From Podarcis erhardii (Eukaryota), in assembly GCA_964252035.1 (NCBI GenBank), contig OZ176200.1: a DNA stretch of 64,000 bases; one strand, given 5' to 3'. Below the pieces are notes generated by a model. That model searched no databases. It had not been told where the DNA came from and saw nothing but the letters and a program-made list of their open reading frames with translations. The translations under genes and the position numbers were made by a program. Shown here piece after piece: positions 1 through 14,687 of this stretch (its first letter is position 1; every line of letters starts with the position of its first letter).

Positions 1-3000
1 CCCCCACCCCAGTGCTACCTCTCCGGCCTGCCACAAGGTCTGAGGGACAGTGGACGGGCCCACGGCTAAAATAAATGGCTGACCACTGACATAGAGAGAT
101 ATTCACTACCCTGGTAGCCTACAGATGAGCATTCAACAATGTAAATTATAAAGGAAGGAAGGAAGCTTGTAAAATAGATGACAAAATGCAACTAATGACG
201 AGGTTGCAAAATTATCATTCTGTTATTGTTTAAGATTTAAATAGTGCCAACAACCCAGTAGACAGCGGCATGAATTAGAACATACGTAGTTAGAAATTGA
301 ATGAATTTCTTTTTAGTGTTGAATCAGAAAAGACCTATACCTCAGCATCTATTTTTATTATATGTATTGCATTATTCATATTAACAATTGATTCCCATTC
401 ATGAGTAAAAGTAGCATCTTGGGTAAGTTGGCATGCTGCTGCAAACTTTGGACAATGCTTCTTAAATCTTCAGCTCTGTGGATACTTTTGCGGAAGTCAA
501 TTCCATTAAATTGACAGTGTTTGCTGTGCTTTAGACTGCCATGTATAGCTACTGATGTATCAGGTGAGTCTCAAGGCATGGTAGAATTCCATTAGCAATT
601 CTGGGAACCACTGAATTGAGGGCTGAGGCATGTTTTTTTTTTAAATGATATCTCAACACACTCGCATTAGTGCCAGGAACTAAAATGACTTTGCTTAAGT
701 ACAATTAATTGGAAGTAAATTCCATTTAAATTATAATAGAACTTGCTTCCAAATATTTAGAAAATGGTTGTAATGGAAATTCCCTTCAAGGACGAATTAT
801 ATGATTATATTTTTAAAACTATTTAATTCACATTATACTACTATTATAATTTGCTTGGGTGGATTATTACCATTAACTGTGTAGCTTTGTTCTGCAAAAG
901 ACTTGGAGATAAAATGAGCTTAAAGAGTACACTTAAAATGTTCCGAAACTGTCCCACTGACTTCAGTGCCACACTGTTTTCAATAAGATTGCTGATTGTG
1001 TTGACCAACTTACTTAGTCCTCCCTTGAGAAACGGCCTACAAAAGGGATAGTTCATATGATATGACTTTCATGAAGGTTATCAAGAAAACAATGTGCCTC
1101 GATGTACCTAATAGTAGGGCTGGCCCTATGCTTTGGGAGCAGGGGAGGAAATCTGTGCAAACACAAAGCCATACTTTCAAATCTCTTGTGCAATTCTGCA
1201 CTATTTGCAGACAGTGTTCCCCATCTGTTCCCCGTCTGCACCATTTTAGAAAACTACTGTGTGATGTCAGCCAGTAAAGGACTATCAATAAACACAAGGC
1301 TGTAGGCAGTTCAGTTGTGTTAAGCGGTAGCATCTCTGAGGTCAGACTAAACTCTCCAATAAGTATGTGGTGGGAAGGAAGGACCATACACTGAATTCCC
1401 ACGATACACTGTGTGACTGCACTGCTTTGGCTGTTTCCTCACCCACAAAGACTTATGCTGTGATCTGGCTCTATCTGGTTATGCGAGATTAATTAGGGCA
1501 GAATAGAGATGAGGATGCACATTCAGATGTGCATACCAAAAGTAATGCAGGCCAGATGGATGACAGCCACATGTGGATACACATCTGGATCTGGATTTGC
1601 ATCTTAATATTGTCCATCTGTACTGGATTACCTGCAAAGGAATGTGCATGCAGATGCTCTTCCAAATGGATGTCCACATTCACCTCCTGGCCAAAGAAGT
1701 CAGCTGTCTGCAACTGGACTGAGGCAAGAAAGCATCAGCCTGGTTCCCCCAGCATCTGCCTCACTGAAAAACGTTTAGCACAGTTTTACAAAGGGTTATG
1801 AAAAAACGCTCATAAGAGGCTTCCGTTGTGCAAGGAACAAAAATATTTGTGAAATGTGCCCACTCTTTCAGCTCACCTTGTCGGGATTGTATAGTTTGTG
1901 AATCTTAGTTTATAATCATCATAATATTAATCCATAATAAATAACATTATATATAACACCCCCATTTTATTGTTTTATACTTTGATTTTTATTATATATA
2001 GTGATTGCTTACAGCTTTAAGCAACAAATTCGAGTTGATTGACAATCAGTTATTACAAAACCATTTACAGCAAAAACCCAATAGAACAAATAGCTAAAGT
2101 AATCCATTACTTTCATCAATTCATATGAAATATTCTTAATTTTAATTCTTCTAGCATAGCATTTCCAGTCAATAAATTTTAGATGAGCCTTAAGGAGAAA
2201 AGTATACTTATTTGAAATTAAAACTGAGATTTTCAGTAAGTAAAGAGGTAAAACCTAAGGGTCTACTCCCACAAGTTGGCAGGGTTGAATGAAAATGGAT
2301 GGGGGTAGTTTTCATGAACATTATAATTCCTTGTAAAAAGTGCTTGCTCTTTCACTGATGGAGAGGGTTGTAAATTGTTTTAATTGATTTTAATATTGTA
2401 TTTTTTATATTGTTGCAAACTGCCCTAGTGCCTTATGGCGAATGACAAGTAAAAAATCCAATATAATGTTGTTGTCGTTGCTGCTGTTGTTATTAAACAG
2501 GGGCAAAAGTGTTTCAGCACTGTTCCTTCCCTGGCATGCAAGTGAGAGTTGTGCTTTCTGGCTTTCAATTAATGAGCTGTGTGATGTCAGCAACATAGCC
2601 AAACATCATGTTTGCAATGTGATCCCTGAATGGTTGGGATTATATTATCAGGTTGTTGAACCCCCCCCCCCCTCTCCTAAAGGCAGTAGTGAGCAGATCA
2701 GCAAAACAAGGCAGCAGATTGGCAAAACCAACAGCAGCAACTTGGTGTTGAACAAGTGGCAAATAAAGTGATGTAAGGAAGTGGCTTGTGAAGTTTTCCA
2801 TGCCTCACGAAAGACCTCCCTTTACAATAAAATGTTTGCTTGGGAACATTCAGCACAACCATATTATTAGCTTCTGTGTAAAGGTAGAGAAAGATAATGT
2901 TTGCTAAGATTTCACTCACCTCTGTACTCTTTGAAAAGTGCCTCTAGTATAACTTCTGCCTAGATAGCCATCAAATACTGGCTGAATGGATCTCTGTTTA

Positions 3001-3392
3001 ATGTCCTTTCCAAAGTATAGCACTTGTGAAAACATATTTACCCCTAGGCTGAAGTATAAAGACAGTGGAAATCAGCTAAGCTCAGGTAAGGGGATAGAAT
3101 CCACAGTCTTTTAGCCTGTAGGCTAGACTGTCTTCACATTACTTAATCAGACAATACATTTTTGAGCTCTCTGTATTAACTCATGGTGAAAATGATTCAC
3201 TGCCCCCATCAGAGAACAACAACCCTTAACACTTCTTTCCACTGTTAAAGGAACTCAGAGATTTATTCAGCTAATAGCGTAAGGAGATACACTGAGAGGG
3301 AAAGGGTACCATTAAGAGGTACAATTTTTCTCACGTTCCTGACTTCATGAAATCATTCCTCAGGACCTTCTGTATCTATTTCATTGCAGGAG

Positions 3393-3603
3393 CCAAACCA
3401 ATGGATTCAAGTTCCAAGAAAGGAGATTCTGACTAAACATTAGGAAGAACTTTCTGATGGTAAGAGCTATCTGACAGTGGAATGGTCTTCCTTGGAAGGT
3501 GGTGGACTTTCCTTCCTTGGAGGTTTTTTAAGCAGAGGTTGGATGGTCATCTGTCATGGATGTTTTAGTTGAGATTCCTGCATTGCAAATAGTTGGACTA
3601 GAT
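3393..3603 (+). mobile_element. CR1 LINE 3' fragment
   Basis: ccaatggattcaagttccaagaaaggagattctgactaaacattaggaagaactttctga...ccttggaggttttt...gttggactagat is typical CR1 ORF2 end and 3'UTR. Confidence 0.8.
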
Positions 3604-4105
3604 TGTCAGCATTTTCTTTCTCCCATTGCTGGATATGTGATTGTTACATCTCATGTCTGTGTTTACTTTCCAGGCTTGGAAAGTGTGAGAACGGAAGTCA
3701 GTCTTATCTCTTCCACTGTATTGTACTTTTGTACTTTTTACTTTCTCTCTCTCTCTTGGAGAAGATGTGAGAAGACGCCATGAATGCTTTGTCTTGTATA
3801 TATTGCTTAATAAATTACTTAGAATGCCACACCTAAGCGCCACATCGTTTCTGCTATACTCTGCTGATTGAGTGTGCACATATCTCCGGATATGTGTCGC
3901 TGGTGCACACTGCAACTGAAGATTTATGTATGGCAGCCTATGTCGTCAGTGTTGTTTTTGCCAAATTTCCTCAGAAATAGCTTAAAAATGTCCAATTTCT
4001 TTGCAATTTTGCAATTATGTCAACCCTAACCTAGCATTATTTTTTTGTTATATTTTAATCCGGTCTTTCCCTCTCATCGTATTCTCACATAAACTCTGAG
4101 AGTTA

Positions 4106-4364
4106 CGTATTTTTCGCTCTATAAGACGCACCAGACCACAAGATGCACCTAGTTTTTGGAGGGGGAAAACAAGAAAAAAAAAATTCTGAATCTCTGAAGC
4201 CAGAACAGCAAGAGGGATCGCTGCGCAGTGAAAGCAGCAATCCCTCTTGCTGTTCTGGCTTCTGGGATAGCTGCGCAGCCTGCACTCGCTCCATAAGACA
4301 CACACACATTTCCCCTTACTTTTTAGGAGGGAAAAAGTGAGTCTTATAGAGCAAAAAAATACGG
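4106..4364. mobile_element. Tc1/mariner-pogo type MITE
   Basis: TIRs cgtatttttcgctctataagac / gtcttatagagcaaaaaaatacgg, TA on both sides (4104-4105, 4365-4366), internal 29-bp hairpin. Confidence 0.85.
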
Positions 4365-4574
4365 TAATAAGGCTAGGAGACATTGGACTGTATCCAGTGC
4401 TGTAGCTCCACTGATGCAATGAACTTCTGTGCATGCAATGGAGCTTCCACTTCCTCTCCTGCTCCCCCCACCCCATCCCAGCATGCCCTCAAAGCCACCT
4501 CTGAAGAGTTGTGGCTTCCTCTAGAGGGGAGGGAAAGAAACAGAAGTCAGGTTGCATCAGCAGAACTGAGCACA

Positions 4575-4701
4575 TGGAGGATTGGATAAAACCCATTGTC
4601 TGGCTCAAGGTCATCCAGGGAGTTTCATGAAGAGGGATCTGAACCTGGGCTGCCTCCACCAGCCCTAGTTGAACACTCCAAATACTGTAGTATACTGGCT
4701 C
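4575..4701 (-). mobile_element. Degenerate MIR/Squam3-like SINE fragment
   Basis: ggctcaaggtcatccag...gggatctgaacctggg...tagtatactggctc resembles the reverse complement of a tRNA-headed CORE SINE. Confidence 0.45.
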
Positions 4702-7700
4702 ATGACACGCACCCTCCTAGAATGCGTTTGTTCTCTCATTATTTCTCCATGAGAGTAGAGGACACAAAGTGTTTGGTGCTAAATTGAAAAATGAACCGTG
4801 TGGCATGGGAGTATCATGTTTGGCAACACACTTTGTTTCCATGGACTTGGCAGCCCTACAGAAATTGCAATTAGGGGCTATGCTGATCTGTGTCTGGTTT
4901 CTGCTCCATCTTTCTTCTCTGGAGCAGTTGCAAAACTGATGCGCAGCCACTCCAGGGTTGCTCACGGGTATCCTGCCATATTCCATCCCTTAATCTCAGG
5001 AGGACGGTAACCTTCATCCACTTTCGTTTGCTCTCTATTTGTTTTACGAGGCAAGCAGCCAGAGTTGGCCATACATTGAGCTACATAAAATATGGCAAAT
5101 GAGATAGTTCTGAACTTTACCTGATAACATCAGTTTCTATTCATGTAGCTATTCCAGGGTACTTATGACTCATTGCAATTCTACAGAAGCCACGGGAAAA
5201 GGACATAATATTCTAATTTTGAGCACAAAAAGCCTATCCATCACAGAGATATATGAAACCAGAATTTTTGGAGGTCTTGGAGAAGCTGATTTACCAGAGT
5301 TTCATACTCTGGTAAATAACTTTCCTCCTCTTATTGTTTGGCAATTGTCCAGACCACAAGCGTTCTCCTGCTATAGTCACTAGGAGGCAGAATACTGTTT
5401 CTGTGTTGTGTGTGCCGAAAAAGGAGGCAAACTCTGCTGTCTGACTTGCTGCTCAGCCTTTGAGTATGAGCAACTTCAGTTCCAAAGAGCTACCACTGGT
5501 CCATTGCAGTCTCTTTCCATGTGCCTAGGAGTCTCTGGACCCCAAGCTAAGAAGCATCAGGAAACTGATTTATTCTTTTCTTACTCTAGCTGTAGGGATT
5601 AGGGCTGATCTGAAACTAAACTTTAACTTGGTGATGTTGTTTGTTGGTTACAAATCTGCACACCTCCCCCCACTTTGGTTCAGCTGCTAATGGAGAGCAG
5701 AAATTCCCATGTTGTGCTGTCCAAAACCACAATTACTTTCGCTCAGTTTCTTCTGTGGCTTTTTATAGGCACAATGATCACAACTATTTCCCCTTTCCAG
5801 CACTATGCTGAGGAGCTAGAGTGTTGTGTTTAGACCCTCCAGATGTTGCTGCACTCAAAGCCCATTATCTCCTGATCAATTACTATGCTGGCTGGGAATG
5901 ATGGGAGCTGTGATCCAACAACATTGAAAGGGTAAACGTTTGTCCCTGTCCATACACTCCACCAAGTATGCATGTAACCACAGAGGTGTGATATTCAAGA
6001 TCTTTGGACCAGTGTCATGGTGCATCACACAATCACACAGAAGGTGCATTATACTTGGAGGAATTAGGAGGAACCACTGAGTCCCAATCGGGGTTCAAAA
6101 GAAAGTTGCTTGTCACTACAAACACTAATATGGCATTAAAATATAAAATGGTTCCATGCTGTGTCTCAACAAAATGCAAGAAACTTGTTTTTATTGTTAT
6201 AAACATCAAAATGGCATTAAAGAGTTTGAATCACCTGGACACAATGGTTACAGAATAATAACATGGTTATTTCAAGTATGACGTATGCAAGTTTCACAAG
6301 CCCACTTTGCCTGGACCAGCAACTGACACTTGGCTTGTTTCCTTGATAAAGAGAGACAGGGGTGGGGAATCTTACTGTTGCCATATAAGAAATGGTGAAT
6401 GGTGCTAGGGATATGACAGGCTGCCAAGGAGGTGCAGGTGCACCAGGGAAAGCTTGACTGAAAATAGCATGGGTTTGGACCACAGAAGGACAGAAAAGAC
6501 AGCAAAGTTGAATAGACAAGATAGAGAGAAGTTGAAAGATTGAAATGTGAACAGTTTCCTGTTCTGAGCAGTAAAGAATGAGTGTGTTTCCTGAACTTTG
6601 CAGTGACTTAGGAGTCTGAGGTCACGGCTACTTAGTGGAAGCCTTGAAGAGATTAAGGACGAGTCTTTGGATGTAAACCACAACCTACCTTTCAATATTT
6701 GCAGATGGTTCTCTATCCTAACATAAAACTAAAGAATTCCGAGTGGCAACCTCAGTTCCTTTGAAGCCTCCCAATATGCTTCTCCAATGTTTGTTTGTTT
6801 CATGTATATCCTGCACCTCTTTCCAGATTGCTTTGAAGGACAACATATGGCTTCATGTCCCTTTAAAGTTCCGGATAAATTCAAGGAAAAACAACAAACA
6901 TGACAACAAGACCAGGTATTCAAGTAGAGTAGGAAACGATTGGTCCTTGAGGACAAAAGTTTAAAAACTTGTGTTCCTGAGTGGAGGAATTACCTGAGAC
7001 AAAACAATGAACTAGGGTTGGTCAGGTGCTGAAGGAGGGAGGGGTTTGCCATATCCAAGTGGACATGCTAAATAGCCTGAGGTATGATGATACATGTGTT
7101 CTGCCACAGAGCAAAGAGGGTCATCTTAGGGAGAGCCGAGGTGAGGGTTGTGGGCCAATCAAGCAAAGCATCCCTGATCCAAATTGTATTTGGCAAGATA
7201 GCTAGGTGCAAAACACTGGTGGAGGATCCTGTTCTTGAGGAATGCAGTTAGGTTACCAGTGGAGGCAGTGGTCATTGGAAAAGAGGGCTAAATAGAGTTG
7301 TGTGCTTGTGCTGGCAAATAACAAAAAGATTAGGTGCAGAGCCAGGCATTATCATTTATCTGGAGTGTCTGGCCCCTGCCAGTCACTGAGGACAAGTTTG
7401 ATAATGAGGGTAGCTGGTGTATGCCAAGGACTGCTTCCTCTCTACACTTGTCAAAGCATCCCGATTTTTGCAGCCATCTGTAGAACAAAACCAAGGAGCC
7501 AAGGAGTTTGGGGATGAAACCAACCTGGGCAACTGGGTACCAAATCCCCCTAGATGAGCTTTTTACGTAACACCTATCAAGTTGCAAATGGTTGTTTGGA
7601 ACCAGTTTCTCTCTCCACGACTAAAGTCCCCACCCACCCCCAAAATATCTAGAAATGTACAGCACTGTATAAATGATATGACTGATTTATAAGTTCCTCT

Positions 7701-9703
7701 TAATGGGTTCATAATTCTCGCATACTTCAATAAATACAAATGGCGATCTGATTGAAACTAGACTTTTGAAAAAGAAAAAGAAAGAGAGGCTCAAACAGAA
7801 TTGGGTTCTTGAAATTAATTACCTTCTCCTAAATATTGCAATTGGCTTCTCTTGGAGGAACACATTTTCGTCTTTGCAACAGAAGTGATAAATGAAGAAC
7901 CTCATCAATCTACCTCTTTACCCTTGGAATGGAACTTCTCTCTATATGCATACAAATCTTTTTCTCTTCTTCATCTGCTTTTTGCTGCACAGAACAAAAT
8001 ATCATTATCAGGGGTGGGGGGAGGACAGATTTTGTATGGAGTGCAGTCAAAGATCCAGGTGTTGAATGATTTTGGTTAAGGCCTATATAGTAAAATGCTG
8101 TTTCATCAAGCCAGGGATGGGGACCTGAAGTCCTTCAGATATGTTTTTTTTAAAAGAAAGCAGTAGTGACTGAAGAGGGTCTGGTGGGGGAAGGAGGATG
8201 TAAACTAATCGCTCTCCAGCCCTTAAATGTGGATACTATTGTTGTTTGAATTGCTGCTCTATAAAGTTTCCGCAGTGGCAAAATGCAAAGAGAAAGAGAG
8301 GTGCTATACCCTCACTGAGGGAGCGGGATAAACTGTGGCTCCTGAATTTTCCTTGAAGCAATAAGGAGAAGGCTTTGGCGGAATGTTAATATAAAATGTG
8401 CAGATGCCGCTGCTGCTGCTACTGTGCAGTTTATAATATAACAAATGGGTCCCTCCAACAAAATGTTGCAGTGCAGCCCTGGGATTTGTGTTATCTGAGC
8501 CTGTGTAAGGGGACTGAAAAACAAGCTAGTCTCAAAGATGTGGTCTGATGTGAGTCTTAGTTCATGGTATTGTTAGTATTTTCACTGATCACATATAAAA
8601 GTGCAGCCAGTCTGCATGCAAGCCAATGGATCATGTGGCTTCTGCCTGCAGTTGATTGCTTGATCTGACTTGAGAGGAACTTAAGTACATTGACATTTGC
8701 TTCAGCTTGAGAGATATGGAGGACTTTTAACTGGGAATCCAAACTTGCCTCATCCTCACCTTTGACCTGCAATATTAACAGTAAACAACATTGCCCGGCT
8801 CCTGTGTGCTGCTTTCTTACATCGCCTTTGACCTGCAATTGTGGTATATCACTGAAATACATTAAAGGGTTGTGGGGTGCTACTCTGTCAGTTGAATCAG
8901 CAATCTGGGGAAAAAGTAACTGGGCTGTTGCACTCTCTCAACTTCACACCAGCCCTTCATTAGTGTACAGTCTAATATCACTGGACAAAACTGCAGGATT
9001 GTTAAAAGCAGCTCAAAGCCTGGCCAGCATTTTGCAATGTAAACCATGCTGCAAGCTCTGAGTCACAGCCACTTCAAGCATACAGTAAGGAGTAGGAACT
9101 ATGTTTGCTTTGTGCTGCCTGATCCCTTATATACCGGCTCAATCACTGATATCAGCTGTAGATACTTGGTTGGTTGTCCCCAGAGTTAATTCCGCATCAA
9201 CATGAAACTGAGCCTTCAGCCTGAAACTGAGATTCAGCAGGTACCTCCTGTATTGACTTTCAAGTGTTTGCTGAAGAATTTGCTTTGCCACCACTGGTTT
9301 GTACAGATTTTGTTTTTTAACATGTTCCATAATAGTCAGCTGGTAATCTGTTTTATTTTTTTGTATTGTCCTTATTGTGTTTTAATTGTTGCAAACTGCT
9401 TTTATTTAAAATGAAATTGCAAAACAGTATACAGATATCTTGATAAATAAATAAATTCTAAATAATCAGGGTAGGGGTTAACACGCTTTGAAATAAGAAC
9501 CAAGTTATAAACAGCAGAATTCTTGGCTTTGCTGCTACCTATTTGGGGTCTCTTTGGAGAAAGGTAGGAGGTAAGGCATCTCCCACTTCAATCCCTGGAA
9601 ACATTTTAAAAGGGTTTCTTAATGTGAACCAGAAAGTAATCTATTGAGGCAATGAGGTGATTCCTTCAATATTCCCTTAAAAAACAAACAAACAAAACCC
9701 TTC

Positions 9704-10204
9704 TGTGTGTTCCTCCTTCTGCTGTGTTCTGATCCAATGCCATATCCCATGGAGAAGGAAGCAAACCAGCCAGCAAGTTGCAGGACCACGGATAGCTCCG
9801 AGTGAGCAACTTGTTTCAATAAAAGTTGAGAGCTGAGGAAGCCTGAGAGCTCCTGCTCTCAGACAGCCTCTTTCAGTCTCCACCCCCTTGTGACTAGTTC
9901 TAGATGGCCAATCTTTTGGCCTGAAGATGGGCACTCCTCTTCCATTCCCTGCCTGGTGTGTGTGCCCTGAGTCACTGGACTGGTGATGTCCTGGGGGAGG
10001 CATTTGGTTCCTCAGGCGGAAATGCCCATGGGGTTCCAGGGTCTGGCCCTACAGATACAGGAGGGTTTTTTTGTTCCTCAGCCTCAGTTGTCTCCTGAAC
10101 TCCAGCCACAGGCTCAGAGCCCTCTACCTGGGCTGGCTACCTAGCTGGAAAGTTGGCAGCCTCTGATTACCTTTTCATTCCTGCTGGACTCTGGGGTCAT
10201 GACA
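9704..10204. mobile_element. Possible solo LTR
   Basis: GC-richer 501-bp block starting TG (tgtgtg) and ending ggggtcatgaCA; flanks ccttc / ccctc (4 of 5 match); internal aataaa. Confidence 0.35.
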
Positions 10205-13200
10205 CCCTCTTTCTGCCCATTCCAGCCACTAAATTTTGTCCTCCTCTCCCACCCATCTCTCAGTCTCCCCCACCCTGGATCATGGAACATTCCAGGCCAT
10301 TAAGTTCTTATGGGGCTGTTTTCAGACTCCCCCCCCCCCCCAAGTATGTTTGTTTCATACTTGTGCATATCTTGGGTTCTCTTGAGTCTGCAGATACCTT
10401 CCTCTTTCATGTAGATGTCGTGGATAATGATGGGCACTTTTTCCTGAACTTCAGAAACAGAATATAAGATTATATATTATTATTTCTACTTTATCTTAAA
10501 CAATGGCCACTTCAGTTAAGGAGCTCTACAGTATCATCAGTATTTAATTATGGGCTTTTAAAGGGACAGGACTGAACCTTTTCATTCTCTTTGTGGGTTT
10601 AAATTAGGCGTAAGCAGAGTTTAGATAAATAATTCACATTGTTTGTCTGCAGAGGTGTAGAGTTCACCCCTTGGGAAAAGGCAATATGTAGGAATTACAT
10701 TAGCCATATGTCCTGCTCTACTGCAGACTGGTTATGCATGACAATCCCAGTAGTGCAATCACCTACTGAGAAATTTACTGTCATCCTATAACCATTTAAT
10801 ATGCTAATTAGTTATTTGCTTGTCTATGGTCTCCTCTAGCCAGCAAAGTGGTGGTGAGATTGGCTTTCTAAGCACTGCAAAAGTGGAAGTGGTCAAAGCA
10901 GCAGAACTGCACTGGCAACAGCCCCATGTCATCACATGTTCCAGACATGGTACATAGCATTGAATGGTGAGGATGCATCTCATGTATGCAACATTCTACA
11001 GACATATCAGTCATCACTGGACATTGGTCTATATGTACCCGATTTGTGAAATCTAGAGAATGGGCTGTAGGATATGGATCCATCTCTGAAGCTGTTTTGG
11101 GCCCTAATACTCTAAAGAACATTTTTCATATGTGAAGTTTACATTTCTTTTGAGCCCTGTAATTATGTAAGCATTTTATAATTAACGCTGCTGAGAATAC
11201 ACAAAAGACACATTTCTAATGTCAAAGTGTGCTCAGATTAATGTAGGTTTCACATTCACATAAGTCGATTTGAGCTGAGTGGGGCTTAATTCTGAATAGA
11301 CTATCTGATCTACTAGGCAGTTTACTTGAATTTAAGCTGATTTTATCTCTATTGACTTGAACGTGATTTCTGCCCAATCATAATCCCTTTTAATAGCAAG
11401 GTGTGGAAAGGATTGCAGCCCAAAGGGCCATTGAGAAGTGTGAAGTGTCACTGTGCTCAAGAAAGCTTGAAAGTTACAGAAGTAAAGTACAACAACAACA
11501 AAAACAAGCCTAGGAGGTCGAAAAGAGGAAAGAGCATGCTCAGTAGCTACAGAATTTATAGGGACAGTTGGGCAGAGGGATGGAACATGGGGTGGGAAAG
11601 AGGGACAGAGGCATTGCTAGGTTCATGGGGCACTGGCTCAAGACAAAAAAATGCATAAAATATGCATGCTAACATTTATGTATAGATGCCTCTGGGGAAT
11701 GAAGATGGCTGTGTGGGCTTGGATCTTGCCAGTGCTGCAATTTGAAGGTCACCTAGTAAAAAAGAGAGAGAAAAGTAAAGGAGGAAAGGACGGGAGATCT
11801 GGGGCCGACCACAAAAGATCTGGAGGGATGAGTGGAATGCCCTGCCTGTGGGGAATGACGGCCTGAAACCTTAGCTGGGGATACGGTTTGTTGGAACTGT
11901 TTGCACTTGTATCTCACTAGACTCTTTCTCAAATACCATCAATTAATTACTAAAGAGAAATTTGTTATAAACATTTTATTCCCATAGCAAATTGCATTCC
12001 TAATAAGTGCCTTAACAATTGTTCATTCTGAATTAACATTCTGTATATTCTCTTTCCTACGGGCCATTGATTAAAGTGTCAAATAAAACCAAATGTTTCA
12101 CCAAGTCCTGGGGTAATTTGCTATAGACTTCCCAAATCCCTATAGACTTCTCCAATGTAGTATATGTTACTAGCACCTAGAGTTTACAAATATATATCAG
12201 ATCCCATTGCAATATTCATAGCCAAGGCAAAGAGTGTGATTATTTACAGCTGAATACGTTACTAAACTTTAACGCCTAATCCTATGGATTGGTTTAAATT
12301 GCAGAATCTTAATTATGGGAGAGAAATCAGCTCCAAATAGCCTAGACAATATGGGGGATTTGTCCATCCAATGCAAAATTCGCCTGGGTTGTGGCTGGCA
12401 TATTTCATATAAAACTTCTTTGGGTCTAAAAGCTTATTTGGGGCCTGAAAAGGCTCTCTCAAAGCTCAGGGTCGAGGGTAGCATTAGCATTAAAGATAGC
12501 TGCTGTCCTTCCACTGGTAGACTCAAATTCTTGCACCAGAGATGAATAAACTTTTGCAGTGGCATTTGGATTTTTAAGCCGGTTCCTCCAAGCTACTGCC
12601 TCAGCACAGCGGCCATTAGTACCAGCCCATGAATATAATTCACAGTGCAACCCTCAGTGCAATTACTCCGAAGCAAATCCTATTGAGTGGAATGGATGGA
12701 CTCCTAGAAACAGTGTAGGATTGTGACCTTAGTTTCCTTTCTTTGTCTGAAATGCTGACCATTTAGGTATACAGATAGCTAACTTTACAAAGCAATTAGT
12801 ACCACTAATTGGTATTAAAAAATAAAAATAAATGATCTGTTTGTTTTTAGTAATTTATCATGGTTCAACACACAATCTTGCAAGCTATTACAAAAAAATT
12901 AAAATTACAACTGTGTTACTGTGGAATGAGGAAGTCTACTTGTTTAAATAAACCATGCAAACCCTTTTGCTGTTTGCTTGTTCATTTATTGAGACACATG
13001 CATGCACAGAGTTACCTTTCTGTGCGCATACTTTTCCCCACTCTCCTCCCTGCACTGTTTCCTCCCTGAAACAACTCTTTGCCCTCAACTATTCCCATGC
13101 GCAGTATATGGCACTTTTAGAGACAGATACCAGCTTGAGGGGGTTTTCAGCAGGAAATGGCACCAGGAGGAGGGTCAATGCTTCTCCCCACAAATCTGAC

Positions 13201-14687
13201 AGTTTTCTCCCCACATCCTTTAACAGTCAGTCAGCATTCTGCATCCAGCAAGCACACTCATTCCTGATTGGGCTATTTGGGGGATTTCCCCTCCTTAGCA
13301 CACCCTCCCCCTAAAAGTGTTTTGTACTTCTGCAAACTTCACTGTGGACCTGCTAACACCTCTCCCTTCCTTGTACGTGAATGGTGCTGTTTTGTCTACA
13401 TAAGGAGTGACAATTGGATAATTGGTATATAGGATTTATTGCCTGCACGAAGCTTGGACTGTTCCTTTCTATGTAATTGGGTGGAATTACACAGGGTGCC
13501 TTATTGTGAGGTCTCCGACTTGCAGTCTATCTTTGCTTTCATCAGGGGATGGGGGGGGGGGAGTAGGGAAGAAACTCCAGGAAGCAATTCCGCCCCCCCC
13601 CCTAGTCTTCCAGCACCAGCATCTCATTTACTAAAAGTGATGACCCAGGGCGATGCCATTAAACTTACATTTCAAAAATAGCTTTTTTAAACCCTATGAA
13701 CAATGGAGTAAATTTATAGAAAGATAGTCTCAACTGTGGAGATAAAAACAGTGGCCTGGAATCAGATATAATCGATATAGCATATAAAATGCATATGAAT
13801 AAACTGATAGAATATATAGTGAAATGGCTATTATTCAGTCCTTGCAGGGACTAGATTAGGAAATGATTGAGGGCGTGCATATCCTGGAAGTATGTGGAGT
13901 TTAAGCTACTTGTCTGGTATCTCCAAAGCTGCCTTAAATATGTCAAGAGGTCACAGAACTTGCACACAGCCCCACCTTCCATTACGGACCTGAACTATTA
14001 GCTAAACTTTGTGTCACATCTGACTTTAATCGTACTTTATTTATTTTGGGGTGTATATTCCATGTTCGCTGTTTTGAGAGATATATATCCAAATGTATCT
14101 CAGACTTGTTTGGAACTCAAAAGGCTTGAGCTATGTGCCTTCTATATCCCAGCTTCCTAGGTCATTGGCAAGTATCCTAAGAATCTTGAAATACTGTGAA
14201 TCAATGAATAAGGTGGCCCCAAGCATCTTTACTATATGTGGTGTATGCTACCTTTGTGGAATTGTTTGATTTCAAGTGAGATGTGATGCCCCAGTTGATA
14301 TTTACAAAGAGGTCATGAAGAGTGATTTACTTAGTATGAAGCCTCAAATAGATGTATCAACACTTCCTTGCTTAGTTGTTGTTGACTCTTCCTTCCTTGG
14401 TCTCTATTCAGGAGTCAGGAGAAGTCTGGTTCTTTGACTTGACACTGTCTTGCTTACTTTACAGTCCTGAGAAAACCAGCTAAAAATGTTTTGGTGTAGT
14501 AAACCATCTATAATTTGGGGAATTACATGTGGCAAAAGAACATAAAAATATATGCTAATAGCCTAAAGAACAGAAGAGAACAGAACAGAAAAAAGAAAAG
14601 AAAAGAACCAGCTCTGGTCATAGCCTATGAGAAATATATTTAGAACATAAGCATATATTAAAATACAATATAATATAAACAAAGATA

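Noticed and set aside
6290-7560. Purine-rich block suggesting an old retroelement
   Set aside because: No TG..CA ends, TSD or RT/gag motifs could be established.
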